Source: an uncultured Spirochaetales bacterium
GTDB lineage: Bacteria > Spirochaetota > Spirochaetia > Sphaerochaetales > Sphaerochaetaceae
Assembly: GCA_902803145.1 (NCBI GenBank)
Contig: CADCOT010000010.1
Coordinates: 1-49,389 of the forward strand
Reading direction: 5' to 3'
DNA: 49,389 nt
In this document: positions 17,528-27,334 of the stretch, piece by piece
How positions within the stretch are numbered: the first letter of the stretch is position 1
How the letters are laid out: every line of letters begins with the position of its first letter
Program-made: the position numbers and the translations under genes
Notes under the pieces: model-generated
What the model saw: the letters and a program-made list of their open reading frames with translations, nothing else
Told to the model about the DNA's origin: nothing
The model's database searches: none

Positions 17528-18649
17528 TTATATCGTATGGGCAGTAATAAGAGAATTGTAAAACGCCTCAAGTTTGAGGGATTCTTCCTTAATATCGTAC
17601 CCCAATTTCCTTATTTCTTCGAATCTATTCTTACGGACAAAGCCTTCTGCTGCCAATATTTTGTCAGCCCAGAGTTCTTGAGTACCATCAATTGAAAGCA
17701 TTTGTACGCCGTCACAAAGAATTACTTCTTCCGTTATCCTATTTGAAAAAACACACGGCAAACCTGAAGTCTGAGCTTCTACTGCAACCACGGGGAGCCC
17801 TTCGTACAAAGAAGGAAGAACAAAAACATCCATTGCCTGATAAAGCTCATTTACATCTGTTCTGGCCCCGGTCAGAATAACTGAATCCTCAAGTCCCAGT
17901 TCTTTTACTTTCCTCTTTAATTCTTCTTCGTATTCAGGTTTCCCAACACCCACCAAAAGTAAAAGTGCTTTTGGGTTTTTGTCATGGACAAACTTAAAAG
18001 CCTCAACAAGGAAAATCTGGTTTTTTGTCGTATATATTCTTCCGACATGTCCAACAACAAAATGCCCTTCAAACCCCATTTCTTTTCTGACTCTGTCCCT
18101 TGTTTCCCGGTTAAACAGGAATCTTTCTGTTTCAACGGCGTTTCTGATTAATCTGACCTTGCCCTTTTCTACCATTTTGCTTCCGAACAGCCATTTTGCA
18201 GAATACATAGAACATGATGCATATGTATTTGCAAAGCATTTTGCAAACGGTCTGAGCATGTATTTAATGATATTCCTAACAGTTTCTCCCCTGCCGGCAT
18301 TGGTGTGGTTGTGATTAATTCTTACAGGAACATGAGCCTTCCATGCGCTGTACATGGAAATAGGTGCAAGTGTGTTCAGATTTGTGTGAACAATTTTGTA
18401 CTCGTTTTCCCTGAAATGACGAGTAAGAGTTCTGATTTGCTTCAAAGGATGTGAAGACGGAGGAATGATAAAATATCTTGCTCCCAAATCAATCAATTCC
18501 TGAGGAGGCTGGCATGCTCCGCCTTCCTCAACATAATAGTCAAACTGGTATTTCTCGCGATCAATATTTCTGTAGTAATTATTGATGACAGCCTCAACAC
18601 CTGCTGCATTCAGTTTACCTATTAATTGAGCAACTCTTACCGTTTCCAT
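17528..18649 (-). CDS. Glycosyltransferase family 4 (GT-B fold)
   Basis: C-terminal motif FVLPSLYEGLPVVAVEAQTSGLP. The track start at 18754 adds 35 implausible residues. ATG 18649 (METVRVAQLIG) is preferred. Confidence 0.88.
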   Translation of the reverse strand: METVRVAQLIGKLNAAGVEAVINNYYRNIDREKYQFDYYVEEGGACQPPQELIDLGARYFIIPPSSHPLKQIRTLTRHFRENEYKIVHTNLNTLAPISMYSAWKAHVPVRINHNHTNAGRGETVRNIIKYMLRPFAKCFANTYASCSMYSAKWLFGSKMVEKGKVRLIRNAVETERFLFNRETRDRVRKEMGFEGHFVVGHVGRIYTTKNQIFLVEAFKFVHDKNPKALLLLVGVGKPEYEEELKRKVKELGLEDSVILTGARTDVNELYQAMDVFVLPSLYEGLPVVAVEAQTSGLPCVFSNRITEEVILCDGVQMLSIDGTQELWADKILAAEGFVRKNRFEEIRKLGYDIKEESLKLEAFYNSLITAHTI

Positions 18650-18716
18650 CAGTCTGATGATAACACCAATAAGGTTTACTTTCCATATGACATGAAAAGT
18701 GATATTGTCTGAAAAT

Positions 18717-19679
18717 ATGGAAAGACAAAAAGGCGTAAGCATAATAGTTCCCACCTACAACCATGAGAAGTATATTGCTCAGGCTCTGGACAGTTTTCTT
18801 ATGCAGAAAACCAGCTTTCCTATAGAAGTTCTTGTCCATGACGACGCATCAACAGATTCCACAGCAGAGATAATAAAGGATTACGAAAAACGCTTTCCCA
18901 ACATAATCAAACCGGTACTTCAGACAGAGAACCAGTATTCAAAAGGTGTAAATGTTGAACAGACTTTCCTAATGCCTAAGTGCCAATACTGCTACACAGC
19001 AATGTGTGATGGTGATGATTACTGGACTGATGATACAAAACTTCAGAAGCAGTTTGATGCCCTTGAACAACACCCCGATATTGACATTTGCGCTCACAGA
19101 GCAACTGCAATTGATGCAAACACCGGAGAATCTGTAGGTTTCCAAGGTCCCTCTGACTCTTTCAGAGTTTTTACTCCTGAAGAAGTAATAAACGGTGATG
19201 GAGGCTTTGTAGCAACAGGCTCAATTGTCTACAGAACAAAACTGGATGATAAAATTCCGGAATTCAGGAAGATAAATGAACTGGACTACGGAGTTCAGAT
19301 TGACGGTTCTCTCCGTGGCGGAATGATCTACTTTGGAGACTGTATGTCTGCCTACCGCATCAGTGTGGCAGGTTCGTGGACAGCCAGAATCCAGGCAAAT
19401 CCGGACAAGGCCATACCGTTCTACAAAACCATGGATGATATGTTTGTTTCACTTGACTCATATACCAATGGCCGGTTCAAGAAACTGATTGAGAAAAAAA
19501 GAACCGAAAACAGATTCAGAATCTATGAGGCTCAGGGAAAATACAGAAAGCTTTTTGAAAAAGAGTTTAAAACGATAATTCAAAAAACACCGCGCTCAAC
19601 CGTTATAAAATACAGACTTGGATGCCTGTTTCCAAAATACATTCTGAACAGGGAAAGAAGGAAGAATGAGCAGCAGTAG
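18717..19679 (+). CDS. Glycosyltransferase family 2
   Basis: VSIIVPTYNHEKYI...HDDASTD...GDDYW motifs. The track start at 18699 is GTG. ATG 18717 (MERQKG) is preferred. Confidence 0.88.
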   Translation: MERQKGVSIIVPTYNHEKYIAQALDSFLMQKTSFPIEVLVHDDASTDSTAEIIKDYEKRFPNIIKPVLQTENQYSKGVNVEQTFLMPKCQYCYTAMCDGDDYWTDDTKLQKQFDALEQHPDIDICAHRATAIDANTGESVGFQGPSDSFRVFTPEEVINGDGGFVATGSIVYRTKLDDKIPEFRKINELDYGVQIDGSLRGGMIYFGDCMSAYRISVAGSWTARIQANPDKAIPFYKTMDDMFVSLDSYTNGRFKKLIEKKRTENRFRIYEAQGKYRKLFEKEFKTIIQKTPRSTVIKYRLGCLFPKYILNRERRKNEQQ

Positions 19680-21102
19680 AGTTCTTTCTAACTTTATCTG
19701 GAGACTCCTTGAACGCTTTGGAGCCCAAGGTGTGACATTTATTGTCTCACTTGTGCTTGCAAGACTTCTGGGCCCGGAAGTCTACGGTACTGTTGCGATT
19801 GTCCTTGTTTTTATTGCAATCTTTGATGTTTTTGTAGATAGCGGTTTAGGAAATGCTTTGATACAGAAAAAAGATGCAGATGATGTTGATTTCTCTTCTG
19901 TATTCTATTTCAACATTGCAGCATGCATTGTCCTGTACCTTATTGTCTTCCTTTTAGCCCCTGTGTTTGCCCTACTGTACAAAAATGACATGTTCGTCCC
20001 CGTGCTTAGGGTTATGGGACTTGAGTTGGTTATATCAGGTTTCAAGAATATCCAGTTTGCCTATGTTTCAAGGCATTTGGAGTTTAAAAAGTTCTTTTTT
20101 GCAACTCTGACCGGAACTATTATTGCTGCTCCTGTCGGAATAGTGATGGCACTAAGAGGCTACGGAGTTTGGGCAATTGTTGCTCAAAATCTGTCCAATA
20201 TTACAATAGACACCATCATCCTTTGGATTACCGTGAAATGGAGACCAAAAAAGACTTTTTCATGGGATAAACTCAAGGGTCTTCTCAGCTACGGATGGAA
20301 GTTACTGGCCTCATCTTTGCTTGAAACTGTCTATCAGAAACTGCGTCAGCTGATAATCGGCAGAAGATATTCAACAACAGATCTTGCCTATTACAACAAG
20401 GGAGAAACATTTCCCAATACAGCAGTTAACAATGTTAATTCCGCAATGAACAGCGTCTTGTTTCCTGTAATGTCTGAGAACCAGGACAACCCGGAAAACA
20501 TAAAAGCTATAACTAAAAAAGCAATCAGCATTGGCAGTTATGTGCTTATGCCTATGATGGCAGGTCTTGCAGCCTGTGCAGAGCCTCTTGTTCTGCTTAT
20601 GCTCGGAGAAGCATGGCTTCCATGTGTCCCTTATCTGCAAGTCTTCTGCTTTGTATATGCTTTTTATCCCTTTCATGTTGCAAATCTTAATGCAATCAAA
20701 GCAGTAGGAAGGAGCGACATATACCTCAAGCAAGAGATTGCAAAAAAGATAGTTGGAATCTTGGCCATAATAATTACAATGAGAATCAGTGTTTTTGCAA
20801 TTGCACTGGGTCTTGTTTTTACAGATTTGATTGACCAAGTTATTAACAGTTTTCCAAACGGAAAGCTGATTAACTACGCATACAAAGAACAGTTGGAAGA
20901 CTTGGCCGGACCTTTCTTCCTTTCAGTAATGATGGGAGGAATTGTTTATCTGATAAACTTTGTTCCTATCTCTTCGTTCTTGCAACTAATAATCCAAATA
21001 CCGCTTGGAATTGCCCTTTACGTAGCCCTCTCAAAGCTCTATAGATTGGATATATTTAAATATCTTATTTCTTCTGTTAGAATGCTCTTGAAGAGGCAAT
21101 AA
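19666..21102 (+). CDS. wzx: Wzx-type oligosaccharide flippase (MOP superfamily polysaccharide biosynthesis protein)
   Basis: 478 aa with about 12-14 TM helices. Typical N-terminus NFIWRLLERFG.QG..F...LVLARLL.P..YG. Confidence 0.85.
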   Translation: MSSSRVLSNFIWRLLERFGAQGVTFIVSLVLARLLGPEVYGTVAIVLVFIAIFDVFVDSGLGNALIQKKDADDVDFSSVFYFNIAACIVLYLIVFLLAPVFALLYKNDMFVPVLRVMGLELVISGFKNIQFAYVSRHLEFKKFFFATLTGTIIAAPVGIVMALRGYGVWAIVAQNLSNITIDTIILWITVKWRPKKTFSWDKLKGLLSYGWKLLASSLLETVYQKLRQLIIGRRYSTTDLAYYNKGETFPNTAVNNVNSAMNSVLFPVMSENQDNPENIKAITKKAISIGSYVLMPMMAGLAACAEPLVLLMLGEAWLPCVPYLQVFCFVYAFYPFHVANLNAIKAVGRSDIYLKQEIAKKIVGILAIIITMRISVFAIALGLVFTDLIDQVINSFPNGKLINYAYKEQLEDLAGPFFLSVMMGGIVYLINFVPISSFLQLIIQIPLGIALYVALSKLYRLDIFKYLISSVRMLLKRQ

Positions 21103-22196
21103 TGAGTATTCTTGTAACAAAATCCACACTACCCCCTTTTGAGGAATACATCCAGGAAATAAAGGAAATCTGGGATACTCATTGGCTTACAAACATGGGA
21201 GTAAAGCATGATACTCTTCAGGCCCTTCTTGAAGAGAAGCTGGACTCTAAACATGTTGTCCTGTATACAAACGGGCACCTTGCCCTTGAGAACATAATTA
21301 CAGCATTCAACTTTCCAAAAGAGGCAGAGGTGATTACAACACCCTTCACTTTTGCTTCAACAACACATGCAATTGTCAGAAACGGATTGAAGCCGGTTTT
21401 CTGTGACATAGATTCTGATACCCTGTGTATTGATGCTTCAAAGATTGAAGATCTTATCACTCCAAAAACCGTTGCAATAATCCCTGTGCATGTGTATGGC
21501 AATGTCTGTGATATTGAAAGAATCAGTTCAATTGCAAAAAAACACAATCTCAAAGTAATCTACGATGCCGCCCACTCTTTTGGAGAAACTTATAAGGGAA
21601 AAGCAGTAGCATCTTATGGAGATGCCAGCATGGTCAGTTTCCATGCCACAAAAGTCTTCAACACAATTGAAGGCGGTTGTGCGGCCTTTAAAGATGATTC
21701 TATGGTTCAAATTCTTGATGACCTTAAGAATTTTGGAATTCGCGGACCTGAAGAAGTAAGATTTGTTGGCGGAAATGCCAAAATGAGTGAATTTCAGGCA
21801 GCTATGGGAATCTGTAATTTAAGGCATCTGGATGAGAATATTAAGAAAAGACTCCATATAGATTCTCTTTACAGAAAACTGCTCGGCAATGTATCAGGTA
21901 TTCAACTCAAACCTGTTCAGGAGGGAGTGTCTTCTAACGGTGCTTACTTCCCTGTCTTGTTCAATAGTTTCAAGAAAACCAGAGATGAAGTCTTTGAGCA
22001 GCTTTCTGAAAATGAAATCTATGCACGTAAGTACTTCTATCCGGTAATTCAGGATTACGATTGTTACAAAGACAAGTACAGCAGTGCAGACACGCCTGTT
22101 GCAAAGAAAGCATCATTGAACGTTCTTTGCCTTCCAATCTATCCGGATCTCTCCGACGATGAAGTTAAAACCATCTGTTCAATAATACTGGGGTAA
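21102..22196 (+). CDS. DegT/DnrJ/EryC1/StrS-family PLP-dependent sugar aminotransferase
   Basis: Characteristic SFHATKVFNTIEGG (PLP lysine) and HVYG..CD motifs. TAATG overlap with wzx. Confidence 0.9.
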   Translation: MSILVTKSTLPPFEEYIQEIKEIWDTHWLTNMGVKHDTLQALLEEKLDSKHVVLYTNGHLALENIITAFNFPKEAEVITTPFTFASTTHAIVRNGLKPVFCDIDSDTLCIDASKIEDLITPKTVAIIPVHVYGNVCDIERISSIAKKHNLKVIYDAAHSFGETYKGKAVASYGDASMVSFHATKVFNTIEGGCAAFKDDSMVQILDDLKNFGIRGPEEVRFVGGNAKMSEFQAAMGICNLRHLDENIKKRLHIDSLYRKLLGNVSGIQLKPVQEGVSSNGAYFPVLFNSFKKTRDEVFEQLSENEIYARKYFYPVIQDYDCYKDKYSSADTPVAKKASLNVLCLPIYPDLSDDEVKTICSIILG

Positions 22197-22198
22197 AG

Positions 22199-23410
22199 AT
22201 GAAGAAACTCCTTTTGCTTGGTGGCTCCAGATATCTGATTCCTGTTATTGACTGTGCAAAGAAATTGGGAGCATACACCATAACTTGCGACTATCTCCCT
22301 GACAACTATGCTCATAAATGTTCAGATGAATACTGCAACATCAGCATTATTGATAAAGAAGCTGTTTTAGAAAAAGCCAAATCTTTGAAGATAGACGGAA
22401 TAATGTCCTTCGGAACCGACCCCGGTGTTACCACTGCAAGTTACGTTGCCGAAAAGCTTGGTTTGCCAAACACCGGACCATATAAATCCGTATCAATCTT
22501 GCAGAACAAGGGCCTTTTCAGAAAATTCTTGCAGGAACACGGTTTCAACGTTCCAGTTTCCAAAAGTTACAGTTCTTCAGACACAGAAAAAGCAATTTCA
22601 GATTTCTCTCCGCTCCCCTTCCCTGTCATAGTAAAACCCACTGACAGCGCAGGTTCGAAAGGAGTTTCAAAAGTAACTGAATCAAATCAGTTAGGTAAAG
22701 CAATTAGTTTTGCCTTGGATAATTCTTTGTCAGGTCAGTTCATTGTTGAGCAGTATCTTGAACAAACAGGTTGTTCTTCTGACTCAGAATGCTTTTCAAT
22801 TGACGGAAAACTGGTTTTCTCTTCTTGGTCCAGTCAGTACTTTGACCACAGTGCATCAAACCCCTTTACGCCTACCGGTTTTACTTGGCCATCTACAATC
22901 TCTGAAAAGAACATTAAAGAACTTGAGTCTGAACTTGCAAGACTGATAAAACTTCTTGATATGGGGACAACAATCTACAACGTTGAAGCCAGAGAAACTA
23001 CAGACGGAAAGGCTTACCTTATGGAGGTGTCTCCCAGGGGCGGAGGAAACAGGCTTGCAGAAATGGTCAGATATTCAACAGGCGTAGACTTGATTGAAGC
23101 AAGTGTAAGAGCAGCCTTGGGACTTCCGTTGAATGAGGTAAAACAGAAAGAGCCTGAAGACGGATGGGTAGAACTTGTTCTTCACAGTGAATCAGATGGC
23201 CATTTCAAAGGTCTTGAAGTAAACCCGGCAGTAGAAGAATTTGTTGTAGAAAAAGACCTTTGGGTTAAAACCGGCGATATTGTTGAAGGCCTTACTGGAG
23301 CAAACAAATCAATTGGAACCCTCATCCTTAAAACAAAAAATGAGAGGCAGTCCCGTGAAATACTGAACTGCCCCGAAAAGTTTGTGAGAGTTATTACTTC
23401 CCCCAACTGA
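22199..23410 (+). CDS. ATP-grasp domain protein (putative amide ligase)
   Basis: ATP-grasp signatures FPVIVKPTDSAGSKGV, EQYLE, and NVEARE...YLMEVSPRGGGN. Starts 2 nt after the aminotransferase stop. Confidence 0.8.
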   Translation: MKKLLLLGGSRYLIPVIDCAKKLGAYTITCDYLPDNYAHKCSDEYCNISIIDKEAVLEKAKSLKIDGIMSFGTDPGVTTASYVAEKLGLPNTGPYKSVSILQNKGLFRKFLQEHGFNVPVSKSYSSSDTEKAISDFSPLPFPVIVKPTDSAGSKGVSKVTESNQLGKAISFALDNSLSGQFIVEQYLEQTGCSSDSECFSIDGKLVFSSWSSQYFDHSASNPFTPTGFTWPSTISEKNIKELESELARLIKLLDMGTTIYNVEARETTDGKAYLMEVSPRGGGNRLAEMVRYSTGVDLIEASVRAALGLPLNEVKQKEPEDGWVELVLHSESDGHFKGLEVNPAVEEFVVEKDLWVKTGDIVEGLTGANKSIGTLILKTKNERQSREILNCPEKFVRVITSPN

Positions 23411-25163
23411 AGAATGAAAGCGGACTGAACTTGAAAGCAATCTGAGCCTGAACATCAGATGAACCTACTCCGCTTTGGAATTTGTAATTGAAGTAGTGCT
23501 GGAATGCAATTCCGCCGCTTATTTCAAGAACTCCGTCAAACAGGTCTGCAGTATCAGAAACAGCTATTCTAATCAGATGCTGGGGAACATTGCCCTCATT
23601 GTAACAGTGTGGAGACGGGAGTCCGTGAATACCTATGCCGTACGGTGCCATATCTCCATGGTAATCACCTTCAACAAACAGACCCTTATCACCATTTGCC
23701 TTGTAAAGAATATCAAGCCTTACAGTGTTGTTCTTTGAAACCAGTTCACCTCCAACTGCTACTGCAACAGTATTAGGTCCGAACTTGTAACCAAGATAGG
23801 ATACATCCTCACCTGAACACCACATCTGATAGTTTCCGGTTACAAGATCTACTTTGTAGTACTCAGGATTATCTTCATAATCCCCTCCCTTTTCCGGTTT
23901 CAGATACATGCCGGGACTTGTATATGCAAGTTCAGCATAGGTGTTGAGTTTGTATTCTTTAATTCGAGTTGAGTTTTTGACATTCAGCAGGAATCCGTAA
24001 ATGTTAGGACTGCCTTTTGTCTGTTCATCTGACTGCTGAATCTGATCAAACATACCCTGGAAATTCAAACTCCAACCCGGAAGGAATGCATAATCAATAT
24101 CAAATCCGAACCAGTTGTTTGTGTTATATCTGAACGAAATCCAGTTATGCATAAGAGAGAACGGATTGAAAATCTGAGGATCAAACGGAGAAGCCGTAGT
24201 GTAATCAAGAATTGCTTCATAAAGTCCAAAATTCACCTTGTCAAAAAGGTTGAATGTAGCTTTGTGTATTACAACAATCGGTCTTTCTTTGTTTAACTGA
24301 GGGGTCAGGTTAAAATCTTTTACAGCAGATTCTGTCTCTGAATTTCCATCTACTATATCACCTTCGTGGCTGAATGTATTAATCAGCATCTCATATGTGA
24401 AAGGATATGAGTTAACACTCAGTTTAAAAGTTTCCCTATACATGAAGTTATCACCTATGGAGAGATTTCCTGTAACTCCACTTCCTGATGAAACCCTCAT
24501 TCTTCCCACAGCAATACCAAATAACCCTGTTCCTCCGGCAAGATATGTATTCCACGGCCAGGTCTGATTTTCTTCATGAGAAAAAGGTCTGTCAAAGGTA
24601 ATATAAGGCACGTTATGTGAGAAATAATTACGGTGATAAGCTCTGAGGATTCTTGATAATTCGTACTCAAAATGTCCGAATATATAATCAGTCATTCTAA
24701 GATTTACACCGGCATAAACAGCAGGTTTTATCTCGTTGTAAGGAACAACCCAATCACGTCTGGGACCGTCCTGGACAACACCTTCCTCATCTTTATCATA
24801 TTCTTCTTCAAGCTGCGAATTGTAGAAAAACTCCGGAGTCAGTGCCACTTTCAATGAAGCAGAAAAATCATCAGAAATCTTCAGCCCAAGATTCTCACCT
24901 TTGAACTCTTTAATTAAATCCTCAAGTTCCTTTTGACCGTCTTCTGACAGTTTATCTTCAAGGTTTGTCTTTTCTATAACTCTTACAAGCATATCTCCGC
25001 TTGCAGGATAAATAAGGCCGGGCATTGTCATGCCGGCTTCTCTGAAAAGTGAATCAAGAGCCTTCACTTCTTTTGATGTCTGATTATAAAGCTGCTGAGT
25101 AGCAAATACTGAAGCCAAAACCAGACAGAAAACAATTGCAGTCAACAATACTCTCTTTTTCAT
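23394..25163 (-). CDS. Signal-peptide outer-membrane protein, possibly Wzi-like (second copy, divergent)
   Basis: Signal peptide MKKRVLLTAIVFCLVLASVFA. N-terminal EVKALDSLFREAGMTMP helix motif and GRMRVSSGSGVTGNLSIGDN are analogous to the Wzi-like motifs in the 625-aa protein. Apparently monocistronic. Confidence 0.4.
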   Translation of the reverse strand: MKKRVLLTAIVFCLVLASVFATQQLYNQTSKEVKALDSLFREAGMTMPGLIYPASGDMLVRVIEKTNLEDKLSEDGQKELEDLIKEFKGENLGLKISDDFSASLKVALTPEFFYNSQLEEEYDKDEEGVVQDGPRRDWVVPYNEIKPAVYAGVNLRMTDYIFGHFEYELSRILRAYHRNYFSHNVPYITFDRPFSHEENQTWPWNTYLAGGTGLFGIAVGRMRVSSGSGVTGNLSIGDNFMYRETFKLSVNSYPFTYEMLINTFSHEGDIVDGNSETESAVKDFNLTPQLNKERPIVVIHKATFNLFDKVNFGLYEAILDYTTASPFDPQIFNPFSLMHNWISFRYNTNNWFGFDIDYAFLPGWSLNFQGMFDQIQQSDEQTKGSPNIYGFLLNVKNSTRIKEYKLNTYAELAYTSPGMYLKPEKGGDYEDNPEYYKVDLVTGNYQMWCSGEDVSYLGYKFGPNTVAVAVGGELVSKNNTVRLDILYKANGDKGLFVEGDYHGDMAPYGIGIHGLPSPHCYNEGNVPQHLIRIAVSDTADLFDGVLEISGGIAFQHYFNYKFQSGVGSSDVQAQIAFKFSPLSFFSWGK

Positions 25164-25244
25164 AATTGTGTTGATTATAGTGCATTTAGACTAAGATTTA
25201 CAGGCTCTATAAAACCTGTTACCATTTTTCTTCGAAGGCGGAAT

Positions 25245-26345
25245 ATGGAACCTATAAGAGTCTTGTTGGTAAGTACTACAATGGATCGCGCAGGTGCGGA
25301 AACACTTATTATGAACATCTATAAGTCTATTGATCGTACTCGCGTTCAATTTGATTTTATTCTGCATTGTAACTACAAGTCCCACTATGAAGATGAAATA
25401 GTTGCTATGGGAGGTAGAGTTTTCAAACTTCCACCGTACAGAATTATCAATGAATATTCATTCCGCAAAGCTTATAGAGAGTTCTTCAAAGCTCATCCCG
25501 AGTACAAAATAATTCACGCTCATATTTACAATACTGCTTCAATTTTTCTTGATGAAGCAAACAAGTGCGGTCTACACACCATTGCACATAGCCACAATAC
25601 CTCAAATGGCAAAGGTCCAAAAGCTTGGTTCAGAAATTACCTTCACAGAAATCTTTACAAGATAGCCGAGTATAGATTTGCTTGTTCTGAGCAGGCCGGA
25701 AAGTGGCTATATAAAAACAAGGCCGATTTCACCGTTGTAAGAAATGGAATCGATACCGAAAAATTCAGTTTCAGTGAAGAGAAAAGAGAAATCGGCAGAA
25801 AAGCTCTTGGAATCTCCCCGGAAAAAACCATCGTAGGACATGTAGGAAGATTTGAAGTTGCCAAGAATCATGACCGTCTTATAGACATCTTCAGCAACTA
25901 TCACAAGTCAAATCCAGACAGCGTACTTGTGCTTGTTGGTTCAGGCTCGCTTGAGAATGAAATAAAAGCTAAAGTAGCAACTCTAGGTCTTCAAGACTGT
26001 GTAATCTTTACCGGAGTAAGACAGGACATAGACAATTTACTTTGCGCAATGGATGTTTTCCTGTTTCCAAGTTTATACGAAGGTCTTCCGGTCACCCTTG
26101 TTGAGGCACAATGCACGGGCATTCCGTGCGTAGTGTCGGACATTATTACGGATGAAGTTGATATTGCAGGCCTTATGAAAAAGGTTTCACTTTCTGACGA
26201 TAACAATAGTTGGGCACATGCAATTGAAGATGCACAGAAGATAGAAAGAAAGGATTGCTCTGATATTATCAGAAAAGCCGGCTATGAAATCAAAGACATA
26301 GCTAATTGGCTTCAGAACTTCTATATTGAAACTGAAAAACTGTGA
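25245..26345 (+). CDS. Glycosyltransferase family 4 (GT-B fold)
   Basis: FLFPSLYEGLPVTLVEAQCTGIP motif. SD AAGGCGGA upstream of the ATG. Confidence 0.88.
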   Translation: MEPIRVLLVSTTMDRAGAETLIMNIYKSIDRTRVQFDFILHCNYKSHYEDEIVAMGGRVFKLPPYRIINEYSFRKAYREFFKAHPEYKIIHAHIYNTASIFLDEANKCGLHTIAHSHNTSNGKGPKAWFRNYLHRNLYKIAEYRFACSEQAGKWLYKNKADFTVVRNGIDTEKFSFSEEKREIGRKALGISPEKTIVGHVGRFEVAKNHDRLIDIFSNYHKSNPDSVLVLVGSGSLENEIKAKVATLGLQDCVIFTGVRQDIDNLLCAMDVFLFPSLYEGLPVTLVEAQCTGIPCVVSDIITDEVDIAGLMKKVSLSDDNNSWAHAIEDAQKIERKDCSDIIRKAGYEIKDIANWLQNFYIETEKL

Positions 26346-26365
26346 TAGTATTGTGCTAGAAGCAA

Positions 26366-27334
26366 ATGAATAAGCAACTCATCATTGAAACGAATGATTA
26401 TTGGAACATCAAAAAAAACCCCTTCTTCTCTGTCATTACTCCTGTCTATAATCGTCGTGAGTTGCTAACAAGACTGATTGAAACAGTTAAGAACCAATCG
26501 TTTAAAGATTTTGAATATATAATTGTCAACGATGGATCAACTGAAGACCTTGATACATTAGTCCTGCCATTTCTTAAAGAATCTTCCTTCCCTGTAATGT
26601 ACATAAAGAAACCGAACGGTGGCGTTCATACTGCTAGAAATGCAGGAATAAGCAAAGCACGCGGATATCTTTCTGTATTGATTGATTCAGATGATGAGCT
26701 TATGAGCAACGCATTGGAATCGTTTTACAATGCTTGGCAAACTATTCCGGAACAAGATAAAGATAAATACTTCAGAGTTGCAGCTCTTTGTGTCACAGAG
26801 AAAGGAATTAAAGGTCAGTTATTTCCTGAGAATATCAATTCCCTACCCATCAAGAAAGCTGCAATTCAATATGAAAGACATTTGACGGAAATATTTCATG
26901 CTGACAAAACATCGGTTCTAAAAGAAAACCCCTGGCCCGAACCCGAAGGGATTACTTTTGTAACTGAAAGTATTATTTGGTTTAAATTACTTCGTGAGTA
27001 TAGGGTTCTGTGCATAAACGAGTTTCTCAGAGTCTATCATACAGAGGGTGATGACCATGTATTTGTCAACGGGAAGGCAAAATCAACACAATATATTAAA
27101 AACATTGTATGGTCATATGCCTATTTTCTGAACAATTGGAAAGAAAGGAAAACCCATTTAAAGAATTATTCCAACATGATTTCAATATATTGCGTTCTTT
27201 CAAAGGTTTTGAAGAAAAGAGGCGAAACATTGAGAGATGATATGCGTCTGAATCATCTCAGAGAGAAACTATTGGCAATTATTCTTTTTATTCCATCATC
27301 AATTATTGCAATTAAATACAATAACAGAAAGTAA
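26366..27334 (+). CDS. Glycosyltransferase family 2
   Basis: FSVITPVYNR...IIVNDGSTED...DSDDEL motifs and a C-terminal TM segment. Confidence 0.88.
   Translation: MNKQLIIETNDYWNIKKNPFFSVITPVYNRRELLTRLIETVKNQSFKDFEYIIVNDGSTEDLDTLVLPFLKESSFPVMYIKKPNGGVHTARNAGISKARGYLSVLIDSDDELMSNALESFYNAWQTIPEQDKDKYFRVAALCVTEKGIKGQLFPENINSLPIKKAAIQYERHLTEIFHADKTSVLKENPWPEPEGITFVTESIIWFKLLREYRVLCINEFLRVYHTEGDDHVFVNGKAKSTQYIKNIVWSYAYFLNNWKERKTHLKNYSNMISIYCVLSKVLKKRGETLRDDMRLNHLREKLLAIILFIPSSIIAIKYNNRK

Noticed and set aside
20371-20838. 155-aa minus-strand ORF
   Set aside because: Antisense to the wzx flippase gene. Cys-rich nonsense-like sequence.
25200-25219. Small inverted repeat ACAGG-N10-CCTGT in the divergent promoter region
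   Set aside because: The arms are only 5 bp, which is easily expected by chance in an AT-rich intergenic region.
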